Assembly: GCA_965203915.1 (NCBI GenBank)
Contig: OZ241918.1
Span: forward strand, 24,639-88,638
Direction of reading: 5' to 3'
DNA length: 64,000 nt
From: Alphaproteobacteria bacterium
Lineage (GTDB): Bacteria; Pseudomonadota; Alphaproteobacteria; JASGCL01
Below the pieces are notes generated by a model. That model searched no databases and was not told where the DNA came from. It worked only from the letters and a program-made list of their open reading frames with translations. Below are positions 1 to 9,483 of this stretch, piece by piece (the first letter of the stretch is position 1; every line of letters starts with the position of its first letter). The position numbers and the translations under genes are program-made.

Positions 1-106
1 AAAAAAAATCAGGTTTAAGCAACGATGGCCGTTGGTGGTTGATGGCTATCGAAGAATAATTTTTTAACATTTACTATCCCCCCTCGTTCTTTCAAAAAAA
101 TATAAG

Positions 107-994
107 ATGGCAGGATCCAAAAACGCCTATCGCGCCGCGTCAACCAACCATCCCGCTATCGCCATGATTGATTCAGGGGTTGGCGGGTTGTCAGTATTAT
201 TAGCCATCAAAAAATTACGCCCGTTGCTTGCTATCAATTATTTGGCGGATGCACAAAACGCCCCGTTAGGGGAAAAGCCCCACGATTTTATTGCCAACCG
301 TGGTCAAGAATTGGTTGATTGGTTTTATAATAAAAATATTTTTGCTTCATCCCCCGCGGTTACCGTGGTGGCTTGCAATACCCTCACCGTGCATGGCATT
401 GCTACCTTGCGCGCCAACAGGCCCGATGTCAATTTTGTCGGGGTCGAGCCTGGGTTAAAGCCTGCTATCAACCTCACCCGCAATCATCGCGTTGCTTTGC
501 TGGCAACCCGCGCCACGCTTGATAGCCCGCATATCAAAGCAAAGATAAAAGATTATGGCGCAAGTCATCCTGACCTGAATATTTTATCGGTCGCGGGGAT
601 TGGCTTGGTGGATGAGATTGAAAAAAACGGCTTGGGATCAATATCCTTGGCAAGTTTGCTTAATCAATATTTAACCGAAGTCGATAGATTTGGCGCCGAT
701 GTGTTGGTGTTGGGCTGCACCCATTATTCTTTTTTACGGCCTTTGATTGCCATGTCGCTGCCCCATGTTCGCTTAATCGACACCGCCACCGCGGTCGCCG
801 AACGCACGGTGAGTTTTTTATCGCATGAGGCTCTTCCCTCCCCCAACGATAATAATAGCCCACAAAGATCAACAACCGAACATCCACCCTGCCTCTTCAC
901 CACGGGGGATATTGGTGGTATGAAGAATTTTATCGCCAGCATTCCCGACCTATCCAACATGGCTATCGAACAAATTGAAAAAATAGAACTTTGA
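107..994 (+). CDS. murI: glutamate racemase
   Basis: 295-aa ORF with IAMIDSGVGGLSV near the N-terminus and the two catalytic-Cys motifs ACNT and GCTHY, as in MurI. Confidence 0.9.
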   Translation: MAGSKNAYRAASTNHPAIAMIDSGVGGLSVLLAIKKLRPLLAINYLADAQNAPLGEKPHDFIANRGQELVDWFYNKNIFASSPAVTVVACNTLTVHGIATLRANRPDVNFVGVEPGLKPAINLTRNHRVALLATRATLDSPHIKAKIKDYGASHPDLNILSVAGIGLVDEIEKNGLGSISLASLLNQYLTEVDRFGADVLVLGCTHYSFLRPLIAMSLPHVRLIDTATAVAERTVSFLSHEALPSPNDNNSPQRSTTEHPPCLFTTGDIGGMKNFIASIPDLSNMAIEQIEKIEL

Positions 995-1032
995 TTTATA
1001 CATAACCAAGGGTATAATGGAAAAAAACAAAA

Positions 1033-2109
1033 ATGAAGTATAAAAAAAATTATGAAACCGATGTTGTTATCATAGGGGCGGGCCCCGTCGGTTTGTTCAC
1101 GGTGTTTCAGGCTGGTTTGCTCGGCATGAAAACCATCTTACTTGATTCGCTGCCCGAATTGGGTGGGCAATTGACCGCGCTTTATCCTGAAAAGCCTATT
1201 TACGATATTCCAGCCTTCCCCAAAATTTTGGCCAAAACATTGGTGGAAAATTTGATAGAGCAGATGCGCCCCATGCAGCCCACCGAACTGCTCAACACCA
1301 AAGCCATCAGTTTTAAACAAACTGGCGATACAAGGCATCCCCTATGCTTAAGTGCCGAACATGCTTACCAAGAAAAAAAAGCAAACATCGACATCAAATG
1401 CAAAACCATTATCATCGCGGCGGGGGCGGGGGCATTCGACCATAAAAAACCACCCATTGCCAATTTAAGCGAATTTGAAAATACTTCGGTTTTTTACTTC
1501 GTTAAAAACCCAAAAGATTTTAAAGACAAAACAATTGTCATAGCGGGCGGCGGCGATTCGGCGGTTGATTGGGCGGTTAATTTGGCCGAACGCGGCGCGA
1601 AAAAAATTATTGTCGTCCACCGCCGCGACGACTTTCGTGCGGCACCACAGTCGGTGGCGATGATGCGGACCTTGGCCGCCGCCAATAAAATTGAATTAAA
1701 AATTCCTTACCAGCCGACGGGGCTGGTCGCGGCCAGTGGCCATGTGGATGGCAGCAACCGTGGGCAAATTGCCGCCGTGACATTACAAAGTCTTGATGGC
1801 AAAAGCGAAAATATCATGGCCGATATTTTTTTACCATTCTATGGCTTTGCTTCGTCTTTGGGCACGTTGGCCAATTGGGGTTTGACCATAACCAACCGCG
1901 GCCAAATAGAAGTTAAAAATAGCACGATGGAAACGGGCCTGCCCCATATTTATGCGGTTGGCGATGTTGTTCATTACGAAGGAAAATACAAATTGATTAT
2001 GCAAGGCTTCGCCGATGCCGCCGTGGCTTGCCACCATATGTTCCCGCAGGTTAAGGGGGAAGAATTCCATTTCGAACATAGCACGACGCGCGGCCTGCCC
2101 AGTAATTAA
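1033..2109 (+). CDS. ferredoxin-NADP(+) reductase, thioredoxin-reductase-like type
   Basis: VVIIGAGPVGLF...GGQLTALYPEKPIYDIPAFP and a second dinucleotide fold IAGGGDSAVDWA. The length (358 aa) fits the TrxR-like FNR family. Confidence 0.85.
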   Translation: MKYKKNYETDVVIIGAGPVGLFTVFQAGLLGMKTILLDSLPELGGQLTALYPEKPIYDIPAFPKILAKTLVENLIEQMRPMQPTELLNTKAISFKQTGDTRHPLCLSAEHAYQEKKANIDIKCKTIIIAAGAGAFDHKKPPIANLSEFENTSVFYFVKNPKDFKDKTIVIAGGGDSAVDWAVNLAERGAKKIIVVHRRDDFRAAPQSVAMMRTLAAANKIELKIPYQPTGLVAASGHVDGSNRGQIAAVTLQSLDGKSENIMADIFLPFYGFASSLGTLANWGLTITNRGQIEVKNSTMETGLPHIYAVGDVVHYEGKYKLIMQGFADAAVACHHMFPQVKGEEFHFEHSTTRGLPSN

Positions 2110-2139
2110 GCCCAGACAAAACAGCTGGACAAAAAAAGA

Positions 2140-2772
2140 ATGATTAAAAAAAATCTCTACCCCATCATTTTTTTATTTTATTGTCTTTTAGCTTCGGTTG
2201 GTTATTTTACAAGTTCTAGCTTAACGGGCGCGCAAAATATTTATCCCGATAGCCATGGGGGTTCTTCGCAACCCGATTTCAAAAATGACAAGCAAGCCGA
2301 TAATCAAAACACGCTACGTATCAGCGGTCATGTTTACGTGGTCGATGGTGATACCATCTATGTCAAACCCGATAAGAATGACAAGGGAGCGCGGAGAAAA
2401 AAATTTAAGATCCGCCTTTATGGTGTGGATGCCCCCGAAATGGATACACCGCAAGGCGTGGCGTCAAGGCAAGCCCTGATGAATATATTAAGCAAAAGTC
2501 ATTTTTGGACAAGTTGTCACGTTATCACCCGCGATACCTATGGGCGGTATGTTGCCATTTGCTATTTGCTGACCACCGCCAACCAACCCAACAACAATAA
2601 TATTAATTTGATTATATTGCGCGCGGGCTACGCCTTTGCCTATCGGCGTTTTTTAACCCCCGACAATTACCGCGATTATTTAGACGCCGAACAGCAAGCG
2701 CAAAATAAACGCGTGGGTTTTTGGGCTGACGATATATTTGTGAGGAACTATCGGCTTAAGAAAAATTTCTAA
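2140..2772 (+). CDS. secreted thermonuclease (SNase) family nuclease
   Basis: N-terminal hydrophobic signal-like segment, then VVDGDTIYV...IRLYGVDAPE...RYVAICY...AGYAFAYRRF, the staphylococcal-nuclease-like pattern. Confidence 0.75.
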   Translation: MIKKNLYPIIFLFYCLLASVGYFTSSSLTGAQNIYPDSHGGSSQPDFKNDKQADNQNTLRISGHVYVVDGDTIYVKPDKNDKGARRKKFKIRLYGVDAPEMDTPQGVASRQALMNILSKSHFWTSCHVITRDTYGRYVAICYLLTTANQPNNNNINLIILRAGYAFAYRRFLTPDNYRDYLDAEQQAQNKRVGFWADDIFVRNYRLKKNF

Positions 2773-2829
2773 AAAATTTTGAATAGTTTTTACTTGATTT
2801 TTTATTGGCAAATCCAGCATAGAAGAAAC

Positions 2830-3363
2830 ATGGTATCGATAAATTTGCAACCGCTCACCGCCGAAGCCTTCCAGCCATTTGGCGAGGTTTTGTTGGCCGA
2901 CGACCGTGCGCAACATTACAGCATCAATAATAATCGGTGCGTGCGTTACCACCATTTGGCAACCGCCGATGCTGACAATGGTCAGGTCATTACGTCGCTG
3001 TTTCGCGGCAACCATGCGCCGCTGCCTTTTATGTTGGAGGTTATGGAAAGACACCCATTGGGTTCACAAATTTTTTTACCCATGACGACCAGGCCTTACG
3101 CCATTGTTGTCGCCAACACATTGCACGCCCCCGACAAAAAAGACCTGGTGGCATTTATCGCGCGACCATCGAACAATATTTTGGTGGGTATTAATTATCA
3201 TAAGAATATTTGGCATCACCCGTTGATTGCGTTGCGCGACGCCGCCGATACATCGTTACCCGCCGATACATCCGACTTTTGGGTTGTCGATAGGCTGGGC
3301 GCGGGCAATAATTTGGAAGAGGTGGATATTAGCGCTTGGCAAATATATATCGATAAAATATAA
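2830..3363 (+). CDS. allA: ureidoglycolate lyase
   Basis: LQPLTAEAFQPFGEVL...RHPLGSQIFLPM...GINYHKNIWHHPLIAL aligns well with my recollection of E. coli AllA. I take the start at the internal ATG 2830 (MVSINLQ) rather than 2779. Confidence 0.8.
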   Translation: MVSINLQPLTAEAFQPFGEVLLADDRAQHYSINNNRCVRYHHLATADADNGQVITSLFRGNHAPLPFMLEVMERHPLGSQIFLPMTTRPYAIVVANTLHAPDKKDLVAFIARPSNNILVGINYHKNIWHHPLIALRDAADTSLPADTSDFWVVDRLGAGNNLEEVDISAWQIYIDKI

Positions 3364-3367
3364 AATA

Positions 3368-3997
3368 ATGATTATCGGCATTGATGAGGTTGGTTATGGC
3401 CCGTTAGCAGGACCATTGGTGGTGATGGCGGTTGCAGGGGTGGAATATTTACCGCAAGCCATCAAACAACAACTTGATGATTCAAAAAACTTAACCGCCA
3501 GCAAACGCGAATATCTTCATCACCATTTGCTCAATCATGAAAAAGTTTTTTGGGCGCGGGCAGTCGGGTCGGTAGAAGACATAGAACAATATAATATCTT
3601 GCAAACCGCGCACCGCGGCATGGTATCGGTTGGCGAACAATTGTTGCCAAAAATAACCAACGAAGATTGTTGTTTTTTGGTTGATGGCAACAAATTGCCT
3701 TCAACATTCCTCAACCAAGCCAGCATGCAAAAAAATCACCACCGCGTTACGGCACGCGCCGTGGTGCGGGGCGATGGGCTTTATGCTTCCATCGCCGCGG
3801 CGGCCATCATGGCGAAGGTTTACCGCGACTCCCTTATGCTTGATTACCACCAACAATACCCCGCCTATGATTTTGCAAAACACAAAGGTTATGGCACGGC
3901 GCGGCATATAGAATTGGTGCGTGCCATGGGGGCTTGCCCCATCCACCGTTTATCTTTTTTAAAGAAAATTTTGGCAAAAAAAGCAAAAAACAAATAG
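3368..3997 (+). CDS. rnhB: ribonuclease HII
   Basis: MIIGIDEVGYGPLAGPLVV N-terminus, DDSKNLT and KGYGTARH motifs. The ATG at 3368 follows the allA stop. The longer ORF from 3227 overlaps allA. Confidence 0.9.
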   Translation: MIIGIDEVGYGPLAGPLVVMAVAGVEYLPQAIKQQLDDSKNLTASKREYLHHHLLNHEKVFWARAVGSVEDIEQYNILQTAHRGMVSVGEQLLPKITNEDCCFLVDGNKLPSTFLNQASMQKNHHRVTARAVVRGDGLYASIAAAAIMAKVYRDSLMLDYHQQYPAYDFAKHKGYGTARHIELVRAMGACPIHRLSFLKKILAKKAKNK

Positions 3998-4060
3998 CTT
4001 GACAAATGGCTCTCTTTGCGGTTTTTTAGAATTATTCTAAAAAAATAATTTGCACTTATC

Positions 4061-4795
4061 ATGTTGTCATCGAACACACCCCGCAACAAATTGCCCAACA
4101 TGCTGCTGCTAGAGAAATCTTTGAGCGCGATGATATTGCCCATTGAATTGATGTCCACCATGGGGGGCAGCAAACATCAACCCCTGTCGGTTAGGCGCAA
4201 CGCGGTTATTGCCGCTTTAAAAAAAATAAAACTGGCCGAAGGGGAAACCGCCAGCGATGCGCCGCGATTGGGCACAAAATTGTCGGATGTCGCCCTCAGT
4301 GGTATTTTAAAAAGTCAGAATATCATCCCCACCAAAACGCGCTTGCTGATGATGAAAATTTTATTTCAGCGGCAGCATCATCAACATATCACCGCCGAAG
4401 ATATTTTCAAAAAAATTTGTAACGAGAAAAAAGAAACAAAAGATGGCGGCAAAAAAAAGCCCCCCGCCATATCCCTGGCATCGATATACAATTGTCTTAA
4501 TCTTTTTGTCGCCCATGGATTGTTGGCGCGTCATGAATTTCCACATCTTTTTTGGGGTAAAAAAAAATCTGCAACTGTTTTTTATGACACCAATATTGTG
4601 CCGCACCATCATGTGATAGATAGGTTGTCACGCCGTATCTATGACATACCGCTGGATATTTTGGCTTTTGACAAATTGATAGAGCAAGCGAGCAGCAAAA
4701 TAAGAAATGAAACCCTTATCCCCAAAAAACTATGGCGTGCCGATGGCATCAAAAGGAATGTTTTTATTGCCCCGCTGGTTTTTGTGCTAGAATAA
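4061..4795 (+). CDS. divergent Fur-family (Irr-like) transcriptional regulator with N-terminal extension
   Basis: ITAEDIFKKI...SLASIYNCLNLFVAHGLLARHEF resembles the Fur winged-helix (xSAEDVY...ISLATVYRxLxxF). VPHHHVID sits at the position of the Fur His cluster. The start codon is uncertain. Confidence 0.45.
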   Translation: MLSSNTPRNKLPNMLLLEKSLSAMILPIELMSTMGGSKHQPLSVRRNAVIAALKKIKLAEGETASDAPRLGTKLSDVALSGILKSQNIIPTKTRLLMMKILFQRQHHQHITAEDIFKKICNEKKETKDGGKKKPPAISLASIYNCLNLFVAHGLLARHEFPHLFWGKKKSATVFYDTNIVPHHHVIDRLSRRIYDIPLDILAFDKLIEQASSKIRNETLIPKKLWRADGIKRNVFIAPLVFVLE

Positions 4796-4824
4796 TTCCT
4801 TCCCCATCAATCATCTTGCCCATC

Positions 4825-5628
4825 ATGTTGTCCATATTATTACCACATCGCGGCTTGTTTGCTTTAAGTCTTAAGCCTGGCACGGCGGGCACCGCCAACA
4901 TCATTGTCGATTTTTTAGAAAAAATTATTACCGCCGATACCGCGCCGCTACGCCACAACCAACCTATCTATTCGGCCTTGCTCACCGCCACGGGCAAATA
5001 CCTTGCCGATTTTTTTATTATCCCGCCGCCGCCAGGCAACATATTGGGTGATGGGTTTTTTATCGAAATGGATAAGTCATTGATGGCCGATTGCAAATTG
5101 CAATTACAAAAATATATATTGCGTCAACCGATCGCCATCACCAACATGATGGAGCAGGTTTATGTCAGTTTTGATAAACCAATCGCCGACCCCGAGCATG
5201 CCAACATGTTTTTCATAACCGACCCCAGGCGACAAATGAACGGCGCGGATAATAAACTTACCCAGGCTTGCTATCGTATTTATGGTCAGGTTGCGACCCA
5301 TGGCGAAGAACAGACGCCCTATCATCGCTGGCGTATAGAAAATATGTTGCCAGAGGGGATGATGGATTTCACCCCACAAGAATCGATGGTGGTGGAATAT
5401 CATTTACAAAATACTGGCGGTTTATCATTAACCAAAGGTTGCTTCGTGGGCCAGGAAGTAACGGCAAGAATGTTTTATAAACAAGCAACCGCCCATAAAT
5501 TAAAAAAACAACTTTTTCAAAAAACTTTTGACGCCGATGACCTGCCCTCCGCCCCTGACAAAATTTTATCCACCGTTACCCTCAACAATAAAAAATTAGC
5601 TTTGGTCATGGAAAAAAGACATGGATAA
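4825..5628 (+). CDS. ygfZ: folate-binding YgfZ-family protein (GcvT-like fold)
   Basis: C-terminal LTKGCFVGQEVTARM matches the K-G-C-[YF]-x-G-Q-E YgfZ signature. The start is set at ATG 4825 (MLSILLPHRG). Confidence 0.75.
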   Translation: MLSILLPHRGLFALSLKPGTAGTANIIVDFLEKIITADTAPLRHNQPIYSALLTATGKYLADFFIIPPPPGNILGDGFFIEMDKSLMADCKLQLQKYILRQPIAITNMMEQVYVSFDKPIADPEHANMFFITDPRRQMNGADNKLTQACYRIYGQVATHGEEQTPYHRWRIENMLPEGMMDFTPQESMVVEYHLQNTGGLSLTKGCFVGQEVTARMFYKQATAHKLKKQLFQKTFDADDLPSAPDKILSTVTLNNKKLALVMEKRHG

Positions 5629-6694
5629 AAACATCATGCCTTCAAGTAGCAAAGCGATAAGGCAAAATATCATGCCTTCAAATACCTTGCGTGATAACGC
5701 AAATATATTGGTGTCGGTTATTATGCCGCTGTTTAATCACGAAAAATATGTTGCCCAGGCTATAACCTCTATCCTGGCGCAAACCCATAAAAACCTTGAA
5801 CTGATAATTATCGATGATGGATCGACCGATGATTCGGGGGCCATAGCACAAACCTATGCTCGACAAGATAACCGCGTCAAATACCAATTTCAAAAAAACA
5901 CTGGCGTCGCCATGGCGCGCAACCGCGGGTGTAAAATGGCACGCGGCACGGTGGTGGCGTGGCAGGACGCCGATGATTTTTCTCACCCACAAAGGTTAGA
6001 ACAGCAATTACAATCTTTGCAAGGGAACATAGGCGCGGTGGGTTGTTGGTTGCAACCCGTCAACGCCGATGGAAAAAATTTTGCCGCGCCCGAATATTTG
6101 GCACCCACCCGCCCCGATAAAACGCCCGAAGATAAAACAAAATATCTAATAGGCGGCAAAGAATATGGCTACGCCAATTTGCCAAGTTTTTTAATAAAAA
6201 AAAAATACATCGGTCGCGGGTTTCGCAACCTGCGCGTGGGGGAGGACATGGACCTTATCTTTCGTGTGGAAGAAAAAACAAAAATGCTAACCATACCCCA
6301 AGCCTTGTATTATTATCGCCACCACGACAACAATAGCCAACAACGTTTGGTTAAAAAAAATATCTCAAAACGGCTGGAAATAACCTTCGGCAACTTGGTA
6401 TATTTCTTGTCGGCCTATGCCCGCCGCATCTATGGCACGGATCCGCTGGCGCATTTACCAATCACCACGCCCCTAGCCCAGGGGCGTTATTTGTGCTATT
6501 TTGCATGCTACCTAAGACTTTATCGTTTTATACCACGCATCTTGCGCATTAATAAAATGTCGTGGGTTGAATTCATGGGGCGATTATTATTTATTAACCT
6601 CCAAACAATATTTTTATTTTCTAAAAGACGCAATGAAAAAAAATCCTTCACTCGCAAATCATCGAAGGCTGACCCCGCCGACAAATGTAGCTAG
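5621..6694 (+). CDS. family 2 glycosyltransferase (paralogue 1)
   Basis: VSVIMPLFNHEKYVAQAITSILAQTHKNLELIIIDDGSTDDS...DADD is a GT2 Rossmann/DxD pattern. The C-terminal tail is hydrophobic. Confidence 0.85.
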   Translation: MDKNIMPSSSKAIRQNIMPSNTLRDNANILVSVIMPLFNHEKYVAQAITSILAQTHKNLELIIIDDGSTDDSGAIAQTYARQDNRVKYQFQKNTGVAMARNRGCKMARGTVVAWQDADDFSHPQRLEQQLQSLQGNIGAVGCWLQPVNADGKNFAAPEYLAPTRPDKTPEDKTKYLIGGKEYGYANLPSFLIKKKYIGRGFRNLRVGEDMDLIFRVEEKTKMLTIPQALYYYRHHDNNSQQRLVKKNISKRLEITFGNLVYFLSAYARRIYGTDPLAHLPITTPLAQGRYLCYFACYLRLYRFIPRILRINKMSWVEFMGRLLFINLQTIFLFSKRRNEKKSFTRKSSKADPADKCS

Positions 6695-7724
6695 CACAAC
6701 AAACAAACAACAACATAGCCAAGGTTCTGGGCAAAGCCGCCAACAAAAACCGTTGGTGTCGGTTATCATGGCTTTGTTCAATCATGAAAAATACGTCGCG
6801 GCCGCCATCGAATCAATGCTGGCGCAAACCTATCAACATTTTGAACTTATTATTATTGATGACGGGTCGACCGACATGTCGGCAAACGTGGCGCGGCAAT
6901 ATGCAAAAACCGACAAGCGTATTATTTATTATCATCAAAAAAATAAGGGCGAATATGCGGCGCGCAACCGCGGGTTAACCATGGCGCGGGGTGAATATAT
7001 TGCCTGGCTTGATGCCGATGATATTATTTATCCGACAAAGTTACAAACCCAGGTAGACTTCCTCGAAAAAAATCAAGCTGTTGCCATATGCGCTGTGGGA
7101 TGCGAAAGAATCGACAGCCGTGGGCATTTGCTAAGTCAAGAAACCACCGGGCCTGTTACTTTGCCTTATAAAAATAATCGTCATCAACCACGCAACCCCC
7201 TTACTGGCCACAGCAATCATGTGGTGGGTGCGACCATCATGACGCGACACGGCTGTTATAAAAAATTGGGTTTTTATCGCCCCTTTGAACTGGGGACAGA
7301 TTACGACATGTTGCTAAGGATGGAAGAACATTTCACCATTGTTGTCCTACCCTATTATCTTTACGGTTGGCGTTTGCATGCCAACACCAGCATCAGCCGT
7401 ATTAAAAAAAATGGCTATCACGGTCGTTTGGGGATTAGCATTAACCGCTTGGTGGTTAATTTATCATGCCTGGCGCGGCGTTATCATGGTGTCGACCCGC
7501 TTATGACCATGGTTGGTTTGCCGCTTGATAATATTTATTTTCCATCGTCTAACATTGCGCTGGCGCGGCCGCGCGTCTTTTTTCTTTTTTGGCGTCTGCC
7601 GTGCCTTTGGTTTTATATATTTCCTATTTTGCGTATCAACAAAATGTCTATCCCTGAATTTATGGCGCGGTTATTATGGGCGGGCATGGTGCAGTTATCT
7701 AGCAAAGTTATAAAAAAGAAGTAA
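6633..7724 (+). CDS. family 2 glycosyltransferase (paralogue 2)
   Basis: VSVIMALFNHEKYVAAAIESMLAQTYQHFELIIIDDGSTDMS...DADD. It is clearly paralogous to the upstream gene, including the ILRINKMSxxEFMxRLL tail. The start is uncertain (6567 or 6633), and both options overlap the upstream gene. Confidence 0.85.
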   Translation: MKKNPSLANHRRLTPPTNVASTTNKQQHSQGSGQSRQQKPLVSVIMALFNHEKYVAAAIESMLAQTYQHFELIIIDDGSTDMSANVARQYAKTDKRIIYYHQKNKGEYAARNRGLTMARGEYIAWLDADDIIYPTKLQTQVDFLEKNQAVAICAVGCERIDSRGHLLSQETTGPVTLPYKNNRHQPRNPLTGHSNHVVGATIMTRHGCYKKLGFYRPFELGTDYDMLLRMEEHFTIVVLPYYLYGWRLHANTSISRIKKNGYHGRLGISINRLVVNLSCLARRYHGVDPLMTMVGLPLDNIYFPSSNIALARPRVFFLFWRLPCLWFYIFPILRINKMSIPEFMARLLWAGMVQLSSKVIKKK

Positions 7725-7767
7725 TTGCAAAAATCTTTTTTTAGACTTATATAACAGGGGTATAGTC

Positions 7768-9246
7768 ATGACCAACCCGCTTATCCATCCCCAGAAGTGG
7801 TTTTTTGAAAAACTGCAGATGAGCCAAGAAGCCACCTTGGCCGAGGTCAAAACGGCATTGCACGGTGCCGACGATGGCGAATTATTTTGTGAATTAAAAT
7901 TGAGCGAAGTTTTATCATTCGATGATAATAAAATAAAGGACGCTAGCTATAGCGATGCCGCAGGTTTTGGTTTGCGCGCCGTGGTGAACGACCTGACGGG
8001 TTATGCCCATTCGTCCGAATGGTCGCCCGCCGCGTTGCAACGCGCCGCCAACACGGTGCGCGGCGTGTTAAAGGGTTATTATTTCAACAGCGATGTTACG
8101 GGTGGCAACCAACAACCCACCGCCGCCATGTCGGCCGCGCCCAGCAAAACCAACCACCAACTTTACGGGCTGGATAATCCCATCGACCTTATCCCTTTTA
8201 ACAGCAAGGTAAAATTGCTTTCGGCCATGAATGATTACGTGCGAAAGACCGACCCGCAAGTCAAACAGTTTTCGGGAAGCATCGCCATGAATTGGCAAGT
8301 GATTATGATATTGCGTGCCGATGGTGCCATATTCACCGATATTAGACCGCTGGTGCGGGTTAATATGTCGGTCATGATGGCCGATGAAAAGGGCCGCCGC
8401 GAATCGGGCGGTTATGGTTATGGTGGTCGCGGCGATATTAACCATTTGTTCGATGAAGCCAAATGGCAACATGCGTTGGATGAATCTATCCGCCAGGCGC
8501 GGGTTAACCTAAAGGCGGAGAATGCTCCCGCGGGGGAAACCACGGTGGTCCTGGGGCCAGGTTGGCCAGGCATTTTATTGCACGAAGCCGTGGGCCACGG
8601 GTTGGAAGGGGATTTTAATCGCAAGGAAACGTCGGCCTTCACCGGTAAAATTGGCAACCGCGTTGCCGCCAAGGGCGTGACGGTTTATGACGACGGCACC
8701 ATGTCGGGGCGTCGGGGCAGTTTAAATATCGATGACGAGGGTTCGCCCACCGACAGCAATATTTTAATCGAAGATGGTATTTTAAAAGGTTATATGCAAG
8801 ACCGCCAAAATGCACGGTTGATGAAAAAAAACATCACGGGTAATTGTCGCCGCGAATCATACGCCCATGTTCCCATGCCGCGCATGACCAACACATTCAT
8901 GACCGCGGGGCAACATGACCCCGCCGAAATTATTGCATCGGTGAAGAAGGGCGTTTACGCGGTTAATTTTGGTGGCGGTCAGGTTGATATCACCAATGGC
9001 AAATTTGTTTTTTCCTGCACCGAAAGTTATTTAATCGAAGATGGCAAAATTACCAAGCCGCTGAAGGGCGCGACATTGATTGGCAATGGCCCCGAAGCAT
9101 TAAAATATATTTCGATGATTGGCAACGACATGCAGCTGGATACGGGCATAGGCACCTGTGGCAAAAATGGTCAGGGCGTCCCCGTTGGCGTGGGCCAACC
9201 CACCATCAAGCTAGACAAAATGGTGGTCGGCGGCACCAGCGTCTAG
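7768..9246 (+). CDS. tldD: metalloprotease TldD
   Basis: 492 aa with HEAVGHGLEGD and a Gly-rich C-terminal half typical of TldD/PmbA. Confidence 0.9.
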   Translation: MTNPLIHPQKWFFEKLQMSQEATLAEVKTALHGADDGELFCELKLSEVLSFDDNKIKDASYSDAAGFGLRAVVNDLTGYAHSSEWSPAALQRAANTVRGVLKGYYFNSDVTGGNQQPTAAMSAAPSKTNHQLYGLDNPIDLIPFNSKVKLLSAMNDYVRKTDPQVKQFSGSIAMNWQVIMILRADGAIFTDIRPLVRVNMSVMMADEKGRRESGGYGYGGRGDINHLFDEAKWQHALDESIRQARVNLKAENAPAGETTVVLGPGWPGILLHEAVGHGLEGDFNRKETSAFTGKIGNRVAAKGVTVYDDGTMSGRRGSLNIDDEGSPTDSNILIEDGILKGYMQDRQNARLMKKNITGNCRRESYAHVPMPRMTNTFMTAGQHDPAEIIASVKKGVYAVNFGGGQVDITNGKFVFSCTESYLIEDGKITKPLKGATLIGNGPEALKYISMIGNDMQLDTGIGTCGKNGQGVPVGVGQPTIKLDKMVVGGTSV

Positions 9247-9308
9247 GCTTCGCCTAGAACCAAACTTTTTCAGCTTCTTGATAAGGGGTCTTTTTAATTA
9301 CTGACCCC
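9243..9308 (+). repeat. hairpin-AACC dispersed repeat, copy 1 (CTAGGcttcgCCTAG AACCA...TTTTCAGCTTCTTGATA + GGGGTC/GACCCC hairpin)
   Basis: It shares CTAGGCTTCGCCTAGAACCA with 29570 and with 59975 (minus strand). It contains the tldD stop codon TAG (9244-9246). Confidence 0.8.
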
Positions 9309-9360
9309 CAATATAATGCGCAACCAATTCGCTGAGTGGTGGAGAAAAAATACCCCGCAA

Positions 9361-9430
9361 GCCCCCATTGCATAAACCGCGGGGGGACGGAAAATGAAGG
9401 AGTGAAGTGACTATCATTTTCCTAGGGGAG
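9361..9430. repeat. GAAAATGAAGGAG palindromic element, copy
   Basis: GCCCCCATTGC...GGGGGGACGGAAAATGAAGGAGTGA...CGACTATCATTTTCC is shared with 59341 and 59671. It has internal GAAAATGA/TCATTTTC inverted arms. Confidence 0.8.
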
Positions 9431-9483
9431 GCGTTATCATCGTTTTTAAACAACACAAATATTTAAAAAGCGATAACGCCAAA

